This document shows, in pieces, positions 50,820-60,562 of a stretch of 64,000 nt of DNA. The DNA comes from Pedobacter sp. (GTDB taxonomy: Bacteria > Desulfobacterota > Desulfuromonadia > Desulfuromonadales > Syntrophotaleaceae), in NCBI GenBank assembly GCA_050253415.1, contig JBFWJC010000006.1, positions 124,702-188,701 on the forward strand. The letters run 5' to 3'. A model generated the notes under the pieces. That model did no database searches. It was given only the letters and a program-made list of their open reading frames with translations, and was not told the DNA's origin. Within the stretch, counting starts at the first letter, position 1; each line of letters opens with the position of its first letter. The position numbers and the translations under genes were made by a program.

Positions 50820-53006
50820 TCATGCATCCGCGTCTCTGGACATTGCTTCTGCATCGATGGGCAGACGCACGGTGAAAATTGTCCCTTTTCCGGGCGTGCT
50901 CTCTACAAAGATCTCGCCCTGATGTTTTTTCACAATTTGGTAAGAAACGCTCAATCCCAGACCGGTGCCTATGCCGACTTCCTTGGTCGTAAAAAACGGC
51001 TCAAAAATTCGGGATAAATGTGTCTCGGGAATACCGCAGCCGGTATCCGCCACAGAAAACAGCACCTCCTTGCCATCCTGCCAGGCTTTCACGGTGATCT
51101 GTCCTTCCTTGTCGATGGCCTGCGCGGCATTGATAAGCAGATTCATGAAGACCTGATTCAACTGATGGGGATAGCACCGTACAGGGGGTAGTTCAGAGAA
51201 ATCCCGAACGAGAGTGGCTTTATACTTGATCTCGTTCCAGACAATATTGATGGTACTTTCAAAGCACTCGACAAGATCGATCGTGCGCCATTCCGATTCG
51301 TCCACCCGGGAAAATCCTTTTAAATCCTGGACGATTTTCCTTACCCGCTCGGCGCCATCGAGGGATTCCTCGATAAGATCCACGACATCCTCGACGATAA
51401 AATCCGGTTTGAGCTGTTGGCGGGCTTTTGCAATGGTTTCATGGTCCTCAGAACTCCCGGAGACCTTTAATGCCCCATCCTGGACATGGATAAATTCTAC
51501 CAATCGGGCGAGATATTTTTGCAGAGTCCGCAGATTGCTCGAGATGAAACCGATGGGGTTGTTGATTTCGTGGGCCACCCCTGCTGCCAATTGCCCGATG
51601 GTGGCCATTTTTTCCTGGGTAAAAATTTTGATCTGCGTAGTCTTCAACTCAGCATATGCAGCCTCCAACTGACGGCTTTTGATTTCAAGATTGCGGTTGG
51701 AATCGACCAGCTGTGAAGTCAGCTGTTTCAGGCTGGTATAATCGTACAGCGTGACAACGGCTCCGCCACCATCCCGGCAATCGTCCAACCGGTAACTGTT
51801 TGCAAGAAACCACCGCCCGCCGAGCTCGTGACAGACTTCCCCTTTTTGTCTCTTAAGCACATCGTCCGCGAAACTGTCCTGACTGAAAATCTCGCTCAGT
51901 TCCTTGCCAAGAAGTTCGGGGTAGCCCTTCCCGGTCAATTTTACCAAGGCCTTATTACAACGGCGGACCCTTCCGGATTCATCAACCAGAACGATCACTT
52001 CTTTGAGGCAATCGATCGTCCCTTCCCATTCCCTTTTGGCACGGTGCACCTGCCGAAATAACTGCGTTAATGCTTCATGCTGTTTTAGAGAGTTATTCGG
52101 ATGATTTTTACTGTTTTCCTCACTGTTTATAAGACTGACGTTCTCTTTCTTCCAGGCCGGTTTGATATCACGGCGATCAGCGACATCCCCATCAACCTTC
52201 TCTTGAAATAACCCGGGTTGGATTTCCGATACGTTGTGTTCGGAGATATCGACACAGACTCCGATATATCCGGCGAAGGTGCCATCCGGACTGAACCGGG
52301 GCGAACCTGTCTCCAATACTCGCGCGTAACTCCCGTCCGTGCGCCGCAAGCGAAATTCGGTACGGAATTCCCGCCGGTTTCGAAAGGCGTCTTCCCCAGT
52401 CGCGAGCCGTTGAGAAAGATCATCGGGATGAACGTTCTCCGTCCAACCTGCCCCGAGTTGTTGAGACATAGTGCACCCGGTAAAATCCTCCCAGGCTTTA
52501 TTGAAGTAGCAAGCCTCGTTTTGAGGGCCTGAAAGCCACATCATACAGGGGGCCACATCAACCAAATGCATAAAGCATGGTTCATCCCGGGGGAAACAAT
52601 CTCCCACTCCTTGCTGATGACTATGATGCTCCAAAGCCAGAAGGAAGCCGGAGACGGAACCGTTTTCGGCTAAATTCGGAAACGCATGAACACTTAAGCC
52701 GGGGGTATTGCCAAACAGAATGTCATGTGATGGCGCTTGAAAAACCGAGGTTCGCGTGTCCATGGCCTGCCTACCGATACATCGCGAACAAATATCCTTA
52801 CTTCCCCGGAAAACTTCATAGCAATGACATCCAACCAGATCGGCATTAGGCATGCCGCAAATCTGCCCTACCCTCGCATTATGCAAAACCACACGGAAGT
52901 CCGGATCGATCCAGACAAGACCAAGCGCGGTATTATCAATGAGAGAACGAAAGCTGTTTTCACTAGCCAGCATGTTCATTGAGCCTCCGGAACGTTTTTC
53001 GGACAT
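50820..53006 (-). CDS. Multi-PAS cytoplasmic histidine kinase
   Basis: Three PAS-like regions (one with VHPDD), AHEINNP, NAAQA, DTGCG, GTGLGL. Confidence 0.93.
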   Translation of the reverse strand: MSEKRSGGSMNMLASENSFRSLIDNTALGLVWIDPDFRVVLHNARVGQICGMPNADLVGCHCYEVFRGSKDICSRCIGRQAMDTRTSVFQAPSHDILFGNTPGLSVHAFPNLAENGSVSGFLLALEHHSHQQGVGDCFPRDEPCFMHLVDVAPCMMWLSGPQNEACYFNKAWEDFTGCTMSQQLGAGWTENVHPDDLSQRLATGEDAFRNRREFRTEFRLRRTDGSYARVLETGSPRFSPDGTFAGYIGVCVDISEHNVSEIQPGLFQEKVDGDVADRRDIKPAWKKENVSLINSEENSKNHPNNSLKQHEALTQLFRQVHRAKREWEGTIDCLKEVIVLVDESGRVRRCNKALVKLTGKGYPELLGKELSEIFSQDSFADDVLKRQKGEVCHELGGRWFLANSYRLDDCRDGGGAVVTLYDYTSLKQLTSQLVDSNRNLEIKSRQLEAAYAELKTTQIKIFTQEKMATIGQLAAGVAHEINNPIGFISSNLRTLQKYLARLVEFIHVQDGALKVSGSSEDHETIAKARQQLKPDFIVEDVVDLIEESLDGAERVRKIVQDLKGFSRVDESEWRTIDLVECFESTINIVWNEIKYKATLVRDFSELPPVRCYPHQLNQVFMNLLINAAQAIDKEGQITVKAWQDGKEVLFSVADTGCGIPETHLSRIFEPFFTTKEVGIGTGLGLSVSYQIVKKHQGEIFVESTPGKGTIFTVRLPIDAEAMSRDADA

Positions 53007-53236
53007 GGCATTTTCACCTATCCCCGTTCATTCCCAAAAACCTGACCGTTTGAACCTTTCAGTACAAATGATCGAAATGCCGCCAGAAATCTTCCTCCGT
53101 TAAATATTAACGGCTTATTTTTATTTTTCCATATTCTTACTTATACCTAATTACTTTCCGCATACTTGAATATTCCCCGCATTTCATTTTCTGCCCTTAT
53201 AACCTGGAAATCTCACTTAAAAGATAACGATAGAAG

Positions 53237-53277
53237 CCAACAAAAAACCCGGCCTTTTAAGGTCGGGTTTTTGTTGG
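53237..53277 (-). terminator. Intrinsic terminator
   Basis: CCAACAAAAACCCG...CGGGTTTTTTGTTGG on the minus strand. No CDS ends here. Confidence 0.75.
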
Positions 53278-53418
53278 TGTAGGAGCGACAGTCTTATTTA
53301 TGACGTTGCACGACACATCAAGCACCTCGATTAGGCACCTGGAGGGCTTGCGGCAAGAACAGTTATGCCAAAGCCTATGCGGGTCGAAGCACCCCTCTGG
53401 CCCACAGTCCCCTCCAGG
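53278..53418 (-). ncRNA. Candidate structured ncRNA or attenuator, family unassigned
   Basis: GC-rich block in AT-rich spacer; nested stems CCTGGAGGG/CCCTCCAGG and GCCAGAG/CTTTGGC; followed by terminator. Confidence 0.45.
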
Positions 53419-53708
53419 AAAAAGGATGCAAATTACACTTCATATTTGACTTAAACTTACCCATCTTAAATAACTAAAAAACCAACAATTAAAGCCGTAC
53501 GCTTCCTTTAAATTGGAATTGTCGAGAAAACCCCGTGCCAGACAATCTTTTAAAATTATGCGTGGAAAAACGGTAGGCATTGTGGAAGATTTTTGTGTCC
53601 GGAAACGATAAATAGGTATCGAACTGATCCCTGGTGACGACTTAAGCCTTATAATAAGTAGTTTTCGTAGGACCAAATAAGCTCTCGTTGTCGTCACAAT
53701 TCCAAGAG

Positions 53709-53737
53709 TTGACAAGGCAAAGGAAAAACATCATTCT
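53709..53737 (+). promoter_or_regulatory. Putative sigma70 promoter of aroQ
   Basis: TTGACA-17-CATTCT. Confidence 0.5.
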
Positions 53738-53825
53738 CGTCGGGTGTAGGATTCCCGCAAATAGATCAGTTTGTGAACTTGATGCTGCATCATTGCAATT
53801 CGGATAAAAAGATTTGGAGGCGTAT

Positions 53826-54266
53826 ATGAAAAAGATACTTGTGCTTAACGGCATCAATTTAAACATGTTCGGCAAGCGGGATCCCGCTCATTACGGCACT
53901 ATAACCCTCAAGGAGATTGAGCAACAGGTTGCAACGTGGGGTGCTGAACTTGGTTTTGAAATCGAGTGTTTTCAGACCAATCTTGAAGGCGAAATGGCCT
54001 CCCGCATTCATCGTGCCCATGAGGAAAACATCGACGCCGTCATTATTAATGCCGGCGCCTGGACCCACTACAGTTATGGCATTGCCGATGCGCTGGCCAT
54101 ACTTAAAGCACCGATTATTGAGGTGCACATGTCAAATATTCATGCTCGGGAAGAATTTCGGCACCATTCCGTTATTGCCAGCCTGGCAAAAGGGCAAATA
54201 TGCGGGTTTGGTGTCAAAAGTTACCATATGGGCTTGATCGCAGCAGCAGATCTGCTTGCCGATTAA
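53826..54266 (+). CDS. aroQ: Type II 3-dehydroquinate dehydratase
   Basis: LNGINLNMFGKRDP..YG, NAGAWTHYS, EVHMSNIHARE.FRH. Confidence 0.97.
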   Translation: MKKILVLNGINLNMFGKRDPAHYGTITLKEIEQQVATWGAELGFEIECFQTNLEGEMASRIHRAHEENIDAVIINAGAWTHYSYGIADALAILKAPIIEVHMSNIHAREEFRHHSVIASLAKGQICGFGVKSYHMGLIAAADLLAD

Positions 54267-54308
54267 TAGATACGACGTGGGGTCTCGCGCATTCAGCCCT
54301 ACCTATCA

Positions 54309-56225
54309 TCAGCCAGGTCCGCCCAGTAACCCCGTCAAAGGTTCATGGTGATAAATCGCCAACCGGTTACTGGCCCGGGTGATGGCCACATACAGCAGGT
54401 TTTTGCCGATTTCCGTATCCGGATAAGCCTTCCGGGTCGGATTCCACAGAATCACGCCGCCGAATTCCAGCCCTTTGACCTGGTGGGCGTTGGTGATGAG
54501 CACGCCGGGCTCAAAGGTCAGCGAACCGGTCTGCAGGCGCACTCCGGGGAGATCCTTGATGGCAGCATAGATAGACTGAGCGTCGCCTTTATAGCGGCAA
54601 ATGATGGCCGTCAAGCTCTTGGGTTCCTTTGCCAGCAGAACCCTCAACGATCGCTTGAGATGCGCCAACGACTCGTCCCGGGTTTCCCACTGGTGAAAGC
54701 GCGGATCGGGGCCTTCGTTGACTACTTCGGTGACCGGACGGCCCGACACCCGGGAAGCCAGGGCCATGATTTGGGCTGTTGAGCGATAACTTACACAAAG
54801 TTCGCCCGACGATAAGCCCTGTTTTTTCAGATCCATCTGAAAGGCAGAAATGCCCTTGGAATCCACGAAATCGAGGATCTTTTGTTTTTCATCCGCACAC
54901 ACCGTCAGGCTTCTGTGCTTGGTGGTGGCCAGGGTCAGGGCTTTTAATTCGATCAGCGAAAGATCCTGCGCTTCATCGATCAGAATGTGGTCATACCATC
55001 CATACGCTTCCTGGTAAACGTCCTCCCCGTGGCACCGAAGCTGGAGAAGGTGCAGCAGTATCCCGCTATCGTCAAACGAAAGCTCCGGTGACGGCTCCTC
55101 AAACATTTCCGCACCGCTTTGCGCCAGGCGCTCTATCTGCCGCCGGTCCGAAAGATGTCTGGCCAGCAGGTCAGTCCGGCTGTAAAACGCTGCCAGGTCG
55201 GCAAAAGGGTTTTCCTGGACTTTCGTCGCATGTACATATTCGACCAAAGCATGATACATCCCGGCCTGCTTTTTCAGCGATCCCAAGCCTTGCCCCTGGC
55301 TGGCCGAGAACCTGGCGATCACGCCAAAGGCGCGCAAGGCTTTCGCCGACCAGGAATGAAAGGTCTCCACCGGCAATCGATCGGTCAGCAGATCGATCGA
55401 GGTCTGACGGATATAATCACACAGGGATCGGTTAAACATGACGACCAGGCAACGGTGCGGCCGGAATCGTTCCGGCTGGTTGAATAACAGATACGACAGC
55501 CGGTGCAGCGCAACCGTGGTCTTGCCGCACCCGGCGCCACCGGTCAGATACAGACAGCCATCGTGCTGCCTGGTAATCAGGCCGAACTGCTCTCGGGAGA
55601 TCAGGGAAACGATGTCTACCATCCGGTGGTCCCCCACAGCCTCTTTCCGGACGGCACTGGCGTTTTGCCTGCCCTGCTCCACCCAGCCGTCATCGGTCTT
55701 TACCAGGGTGCCCACGCCGGTCTGGATGGTCAGTAATTCGCGTCTCTGAATGCCGTAGGAGATCTTCTTTTCGATCATCCCGCAGCGTTCCCGCCCACCG
55801 ATATCATCCTCGTATTCCTCCCCCTCTTCCCAATCGTAATAGAGCTTGGATACCTCGGCCTTGCGCCAATCGACAACGATAACCCGCGACCCAACTACAA
55901 GACTCTGCTTGCCAAATAACAGGTGCTTCCGGCCAATACGCGGATCTTCATCATGAATGACCACCCCGGCAAGATAGGGAGACTGGCCCTGCTCAAAGGG
56001 AACCAGATACTTTGCAGGGTCATACTGTGACAGCCGGCGGATTTCAACAGTCAGACGATCCTTTTCCCGAGGATCGACCGACTCCAGGCGTTGAACTTCA
56101 AGGTCTTTTATCGTGCGGTCATGTTCGGACAACTGCCTCTTGCGGTCGGCTTGAAAACTGTCGACAGCGTTACAGACCTCCAAAAGGCGCTGTTCTTCCT
56201 GCTGGGTGAATGTGTGGGGCATCAT
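54309..56225 (-). CDS. HelD-like SF1 (UvrD) helicase/ATPase
   Basis: VVDWR..VSKLYY, DIVSLISREQ, GGAGCGKTTVALHR, IDEAQD, SYRST, KGLEF, YVAITRA. Confidence 0.85.
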   Translation of the reverse strand: MMPHTFTQQEEQRLLEVCNAVDSFQADRKRQLSEHDRTIKDLEVQRLESVDPREKDRLTVEIRRLSQYDPAKYLVPFEQGQSPYLAGVVIHDEDPRIGRKHLLFGKQSLVVGSRVIVVDWRKAEVSKLYYDWEEGEEYEDDIGGRERCGMIEKKISYGIQRRELLTIQTGVGTLVKTDDGWVEQGRQNASAVRKEAVGDHRMVDIVSLISREQFGLITRQHDGCLYLTGGAGCGKTTVALHRLSYLLFNQPERFRPHRCLVVMFNRSLCDYIRQTSIDLLTDRLPVETFHSWSAKALRAFGVIARFSASQGQGLGSLKKQAGMYHALVEYVHATKVQENPFADLAAFYSRTDLLARHLSDRRQIERLAQSGAEMFEEPSPELSFDDSGILLHLLQLRCHGEDVYQEAYGWYDHILIDEAQDLSLIELKALTLATTKHRSLTVCADEKQKILDFVDSKGISAFQMDLKKQGLSSGELCVSYRSTAQIMALASRVSGRPVTEVVNEGPDPRFHQWETRDESLAHLKRSLRVLLAKEPKSLTAIICRYKGDAQSIYAAIKDLPGVRLQTGSLTFEPGVLITNAHQVKGLEFGGVILWNPTRKAYPDTEIGKNLLYVAITRASNRLAIYHHEPLTGLLGGPG

Positions 56226-56782
56226 CGTGAACCTGTATAGGGAAACTCTACGGTCGGGTGGACGCAAAGACTATAAATCTCTTGCAGGATATACCTTTTT
56301 CGTGAGCCGTGATAATTGATGGAAGATTGTCGGGCACGATTTGTAGCGTTTGCCGAAACAAAGCGGAGTGATGTTATACGCAAAAAGAGCGGATAAGGCT
56401 AGCCCATCCGCTCCATCCTAATCCATCTCGGCCAAATCTAGTGCTTCGCGTTGCTGAGCAACCTGTGCTCGAAGGATTTTAACCGATGCGGTTGGTTCCT
56501 CACCACATCCTACAAAGAGCAATAGCCCTGAATGCGACCGATCATATCCATTATTGCGGTCGGCACCATGACCGAATCCTACAGGCTGTGCAAAATATGC
56601 TTAAATATAAAAAACAAGGTGATAGGTAAAACATTAAATGGCCAATCTCCTTCAATTTGAGACCTGTTTTCACAATTGCCAGATTCCTAATACAACATCC
56701 TTAAGAGTGAAATGTCTGTCTTTAGGCCAACTAGTGATACTAATTCATATTTCGCAAAATAACCGGGACGTTGGGAGGGCAT

Positions 56783-57775
56783 ATGAATTCACCACCCGAG
56801 CAAAGGTACTCAGAGCAGGAGATTAGAAGCATCATTGACGGATACAGGTCTCTAGACCAGGGCGGGCGCCTATCAGCACTTATGGCCAACATTACCCGCT
56901 GCAGGCAATGCCACGCTATGATTTCCTTAGGGACGAATAAGCCCATTAATGCTCTTTCGCGTCCCCTTCCTCTCCCCCGATTGTCCGACGACAATGCCTT
57001 TCGAAATTACTGCATCAAAATCAAACGAGACGACACCTATCTGCGGCACCAATTTACGTCGGGAAGGTCTGCAGAAAAAGTGATCGCAGCACTTGGACCA
57101 AGTAAATTTTCAATCGGACTTCTCCCCTGGACAGACCGCTGCATGCTTTACAAAAAAAACAATGGGCGAACAAAGCTCATGGTCATCGGGATCGACTACA
57201 AAAACTTCCCCCCGTTTTTCGACTCTCCCAGGGATCACCAGTTTCCCCTCGACAGCTACCGTAAATCAAACAACATCTGGGGACCTTCATGGCGGCAATT
57301 TTGGCGATATCTACTTGGGACCGCTGAAGACTCGGCAGTTAACCATTTTATCGCTGAAAATGGTGTCTTCTTTACTAATTCAATGCTTTGCTTTGGTGGC
57401 TCCCAAGACCGTACTCATCATGAGGAAGTGTGCTTGACAAATTGCCGTAGCCACATAGCTGAATTGATTTCCATCATACGACCCGATGTGTTGGTATCTT
57501 TTGGAGTTTTGGGATTGCGAAACACTGTTGGTCTTTTATTAGAGCAAAACCCTGACCACCCCCTTCTCAAGAAACTGAATGGAGCAGATATGCCTTTTGC
57601 AGCAATGGAGAAAGCTGTGAAACGAGGAATGGGGGCCAATGATGTTCAAGTTATGTGGGAAGGTCAGAGCGTGGCCTATTGGCCTCTATATCAACCTGCG
57701 CGGCCCAACAGATACCACCGAGACTACGAGGGCTTGAGAGGTCTGCTGGGGGTTAGAGATAAGGACATTGGATAG
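56783..57775 (+). CDS. Uracil-DNA glycosylase superfamily-like protein
   Basis: N-terminal CRQC, MVIGID, FFTNSMLC, C..HI..LI.IIRPDVLVSFG, PLYQP. Confidence 0.6.
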   Translation: MNSPPEQRYSEQEIRSIIDGYRSLDQGGRLSALMANITRCRQCHAMISLGTNKPINALSRPLPLPRLSDDNAFRNYCIKIKRDDTYLRHQFTSGRSAEKVIAALGPSKFSIGLLPWTDRCMLYKKNNGRTKLMVIGIDYKNFPPFFDSPRDHQFPLDSYRKSNNIWGPSWRQFWRYLLGTAEDSAVNHFIAENGVFFTNSMLCFGGSQDRTHHEEVCLTNCRSHIAELISIIRPDVLVSFGVLGLRNTVGLLLEQNPDHPLLKKLNGADMPFAAMEKAVKRGMGANDVQVMWEGQSVAYWPLYQPARPNRYHRDYEGLRGLLGVRDKDIG

Positions 57776-57920
57776 CTTTGACATAATACCCCCTATTGTT
57801 AAGTATGCATTTATCGCCAATGCGATATAGGACTGTATGGATACAGGGAGGACCTTTTGACAGTGTGAGATATAGTGATTTACAAGAACTTGCTATCTTG
57901 GAAGCCTGACCCTCATCCCA

Positions 57921-58210
57921 ACAGACCTCCGAAAGGCGCTGTTCTTCCTGATGAGTGAATGTGTGGGGCATGATCATGAACCTGTATGGGGAGCATTACG
58001 GTCGGGTTAACGCAAAGACTTTAAATCTCTTGCAGGATATACCTTTTGCCGTGAGCCGTGAAAATTGATGGAAGCCTGTCGGGCACGATTTGTAGCGTTT
58101 GCCGAAACAAAGCGGAATGATGTTAAACGCAAAATGAGCGGATAAGGCTAGCTTATCCGCTCTGTCGTGATCCATCTCTGCCAAATCGTGTGCTTTGCGC
58201 TGCTGAGCAA
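57921..58210 (-). pseudogene. Diverged duplicate of the helicase 5' end and upstream region (56172-56461)
   Basis: ~290-bp alignment; encodes MPHTFTHQEEQRLSEVC and is then cut at the CTGACCC repeat. Confidence 0.9.
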
Positions 58211-58286
58211 GATGGCTCTGATGAAGTTTGCTCTGCTTACCGGCGGGCATCGACCAGCGTGCGGCATGTACAAACCCAATCCTGAC

Positions 58287-58362
58287 CCAACTTGGAATCT
58301 TGGAAGCCTGACCCTCATTCCTCTCCAACTTGGAATCTTGGAAGCCTGACCCTCATTCCTCT
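58287..58362 (+). repeat. Two perfect 38-bp tandem units; related copy at 57887-57916, inverted copy at 62852-62882
   Basis: CCAACTTGGAATCTTGGAAGCCTGACCCTCATTCCTCT. Confidence 0.9.
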
Positions 58363-58510
58363 CCCTCGAAAAGACTCTAGCATCCATTATGGGACATCCG
58401 AAATGCTTGACCAATGATCGCACCTCAGATAAATTGACCATCTCTTAATTTAATGCATCTGAACTGCGTATGGCTCAACAAAGATAAAGCTAAAGGGAGT
58501 AATGAAATAA

Positions 58511-60544
58511 ATGTCAAGCATAGGGAAGAAACCAGAATTTAACGAGTTTGTGCTCTTTTCACAGGAAGAAAATATTGCGCTGAACCAACGCAGTTTTGAA
58601 CGAGAGGTCCGTGGTAAAATGGAGACCTTTGTCACCTGTTTGGTGCGTAATAAAGATGTTCAATTGAAACCTGAAGAACGCACCCGACAACTCTGGCTAT
58701 CCCGCTTAATCAGCCAATATGGCTATCCCGCCTCGCGCATTGCGGTTGAGTTCCCGATCACTTTTGGCCGAGACAGTTCGAAGCGTGCAGATATCGTGGT
58801 CTTCGATGCCGACCGCCCAACTGTTCCATACATCGTTATCGAAGTGAAACAGGCCAAACTGAGCGATGGGAAGGAACAATTACGCTCTTATGCTCATGCA
58901 ACTGGTGCCCCTCTGGCAGTCTGGAGCAACGGTGTCCTGGCTGAAGTCTGGCACCGCAAAAATCCCAATTATTTTGTTCCCATTCACTACCTGCCCCATG
59001 CGGACCAGACGATTGAGGATATCGTCGATGAGCCTTGGACCATTCAGACCCTAATCGAAAAAGAGAAGGAGCGCGAACAAGAAGGAGCCAAAGCTCGATC
59101 CTTACGCGAACTGATCGTCGAGATGGAGAACGAAGTTCTGGCGAATGCAGGCGTAGATGTATTTGAAGAAGTATTCAAACTGGTCTTTACCAAGCTTTAT
59201 GACGAAATGTTTCATCACCGGGGAAGGCATCCCTTCTTACGCTTTCGAAACAGCAATACAGCAGCACAACTAAAGAAGGCTATTCAGGCTCTTTTCGACG
59301 AAGCGAAAGATCAATGGCCCGGTGTATTCCTTGAAGACGAGCGCATTCGACTTTCACCCGATCACCTGCAAGTTTGTGTTGGCTCTCTTGAAGAATGGAA
59401 GCTCTTCAACTCCAACCTCGACGTTATCGACGACGCTTTCGAATACCTTGTGAACAAATCATCGAAAGGCGAGAAGGGACAGTATTTCACCCCCCGCTGG
59501 GTGATCGATATGTGCGTGCAGATGCTCAACCCACAAGAACATGAAACTGTAGTCGACACCGCTTGCGGATCGGCAGGCTTCACGGTCCACACCATGTTCC
59601 ATGTCTGGCGCAAAATCATCACAGACCTTGGTTTAGAGGAAAGTCACCTCTTTACGATGGACGCCAAGCCTCAGCGTTGTGAAGATTTTGTGCGGGACAA
59701 GGTGTTTGCTATCGACTTCGACGAAAAAAGCGTCCGTGTATCCCGCTGCTTAAACCTTATCGCAGGAGATGGGGAAACCAACGTTCTTCACCTAAACACG
59801 CTTGACTGGACCAAGTGGGACGAGACAGTAAAACAGGATGAATGGTCGGATACCTATGGCGAAGGCTGGCGACGATTGCGAAAACTGCGTGTCAGGAAGA
59901 AGCAGGCTGATTATCGTCAGTTCAACTTCGACATCCTAATGGCTAATCCACCCTTTGCTGGTGACATAAAACAGTCCGACATGCTGTCTCCTTATGAACT
60001 GGCCCACAAGAGAACCGGCAAACTGGAACGTACTGTGGGACGTGACCTCCTGTTTATCGAACGTAACCTTGACTTCCTTAAGCCCGGTGGGCGCATGGCG
60101 ATTGTGCTGCCTCAAGGGCGGTTCAACAATCTAACCGATCAGCGGGTGCGCGAGTTTATTATGGAGCGGTGCCGCATTCTAGCTGTTGTCGGGCTGCACC
60201 CCAATTCCTTTAAACCTCACACAAACACTAAGACCAGTGTTTTGTTCGTTCAAAAATGGAACGATGACCCGAGCGCTGGGCCACTAAACCCGAAAACGGA
60301 TGACTACAATATCTTCTTTGCTACGCAACAAGTGGAAAGCATTAACAATAGCGGAGAAAAGGTCTATGAGCTAGATGATGATGGAAATCGTTTGCGGGAT
60401 GCGCACGGCCATTTCATTGTTGCACATGACCTTTATAATCACGAAGGACTGACCCGAGACGGGATCGCAGAAGCATTTAAGGAATTTGCAGCGAAAGAGG
60501 CCTTAAGTTTTTTTTGGGGTGCCCCTTCAACAGCGACCGTCTAA
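58511..60544 (+). CDS. Fused restriction endonuclease / N6-adenine methyltransferase (type IIB/IIG-like RM subunit)
   Basis: PEE..RQ, RADIVVF...IEVK nuclease; GQYFTPR, DTACGSAGF, NPPF. Confidence 0.9.
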   Translation: MSSIGKKPEFNEFVLFSQEENIALNQRSFEREVRGKMETFVTCLVRNKDVQLKPEERTRQLWLSRLISQYGYPASRIAVEFPITFGRDSSKRADIVVFDADRPTVPYIVIEVKQAKLSDGKEQLRSYAHATGAPLAVWSNGVLAEVWHRKNPNYFVPIHYLPHADQTIEDIVDEPWTIQTLIEKEKEREQEGAKARSLRELIVEMENEVLANAGVDVFEEVFKLVFTKLYDEMFHHRGRHPFLRFRNSNTAAQLKKAIQALFDEAKDQWPGVFLEDERIRLSPDHLQVCVGSLEEWKLFNSNLDVIDDAFEYLVNKSSKGEKGQYFTPRWVIDMCVQMLNPQEHETVVDTACGSAGFTVHTMFHVWRKIITDLGLEESHLFTMDAKPQRCEDFVRDKVFAIDFDEKSVRVSRCLNLIAGDGETNVLHLNTLDWTKWDETVKQDEWSDTYGEGWRRLRKLRVRKKQADYRQFNFDILMANPPFAGDIKQSDMLSPYELAHKRTGKLERTVGRDLLFIERNLDFLKPGGRMAIVLPQGRFNNLTDQRVREFIMERCRILAVVGLHPNSFKPHTNTKTSVLFVQKWNDDPSAGPLNPKTDDYNIFFATQQVESINNSGEKVYELDDDGNRLRDAHGHFIVAHDLYNHEGLTRDGIAEAFKEFAAKEALSFFWGAPSTATV

Positions 60545-60562
60545 ACGGTCTGTTGAAGGGGC
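60508..60562 (+). other. Candidate -1 programmed frameshift signal
   Basis: In-frame T TTT TTT, 6-nt spacer, GCCCCTTCAACAG/CTGTTGAAGGGGC stem extended by ACCGT/ACGGT. Confidence 0.75.

Noticed and set aside
58287..58362. 38-bp repeats as a CRISPR array
   Set aside because: Directly tandem, no spacers and no cas genes.
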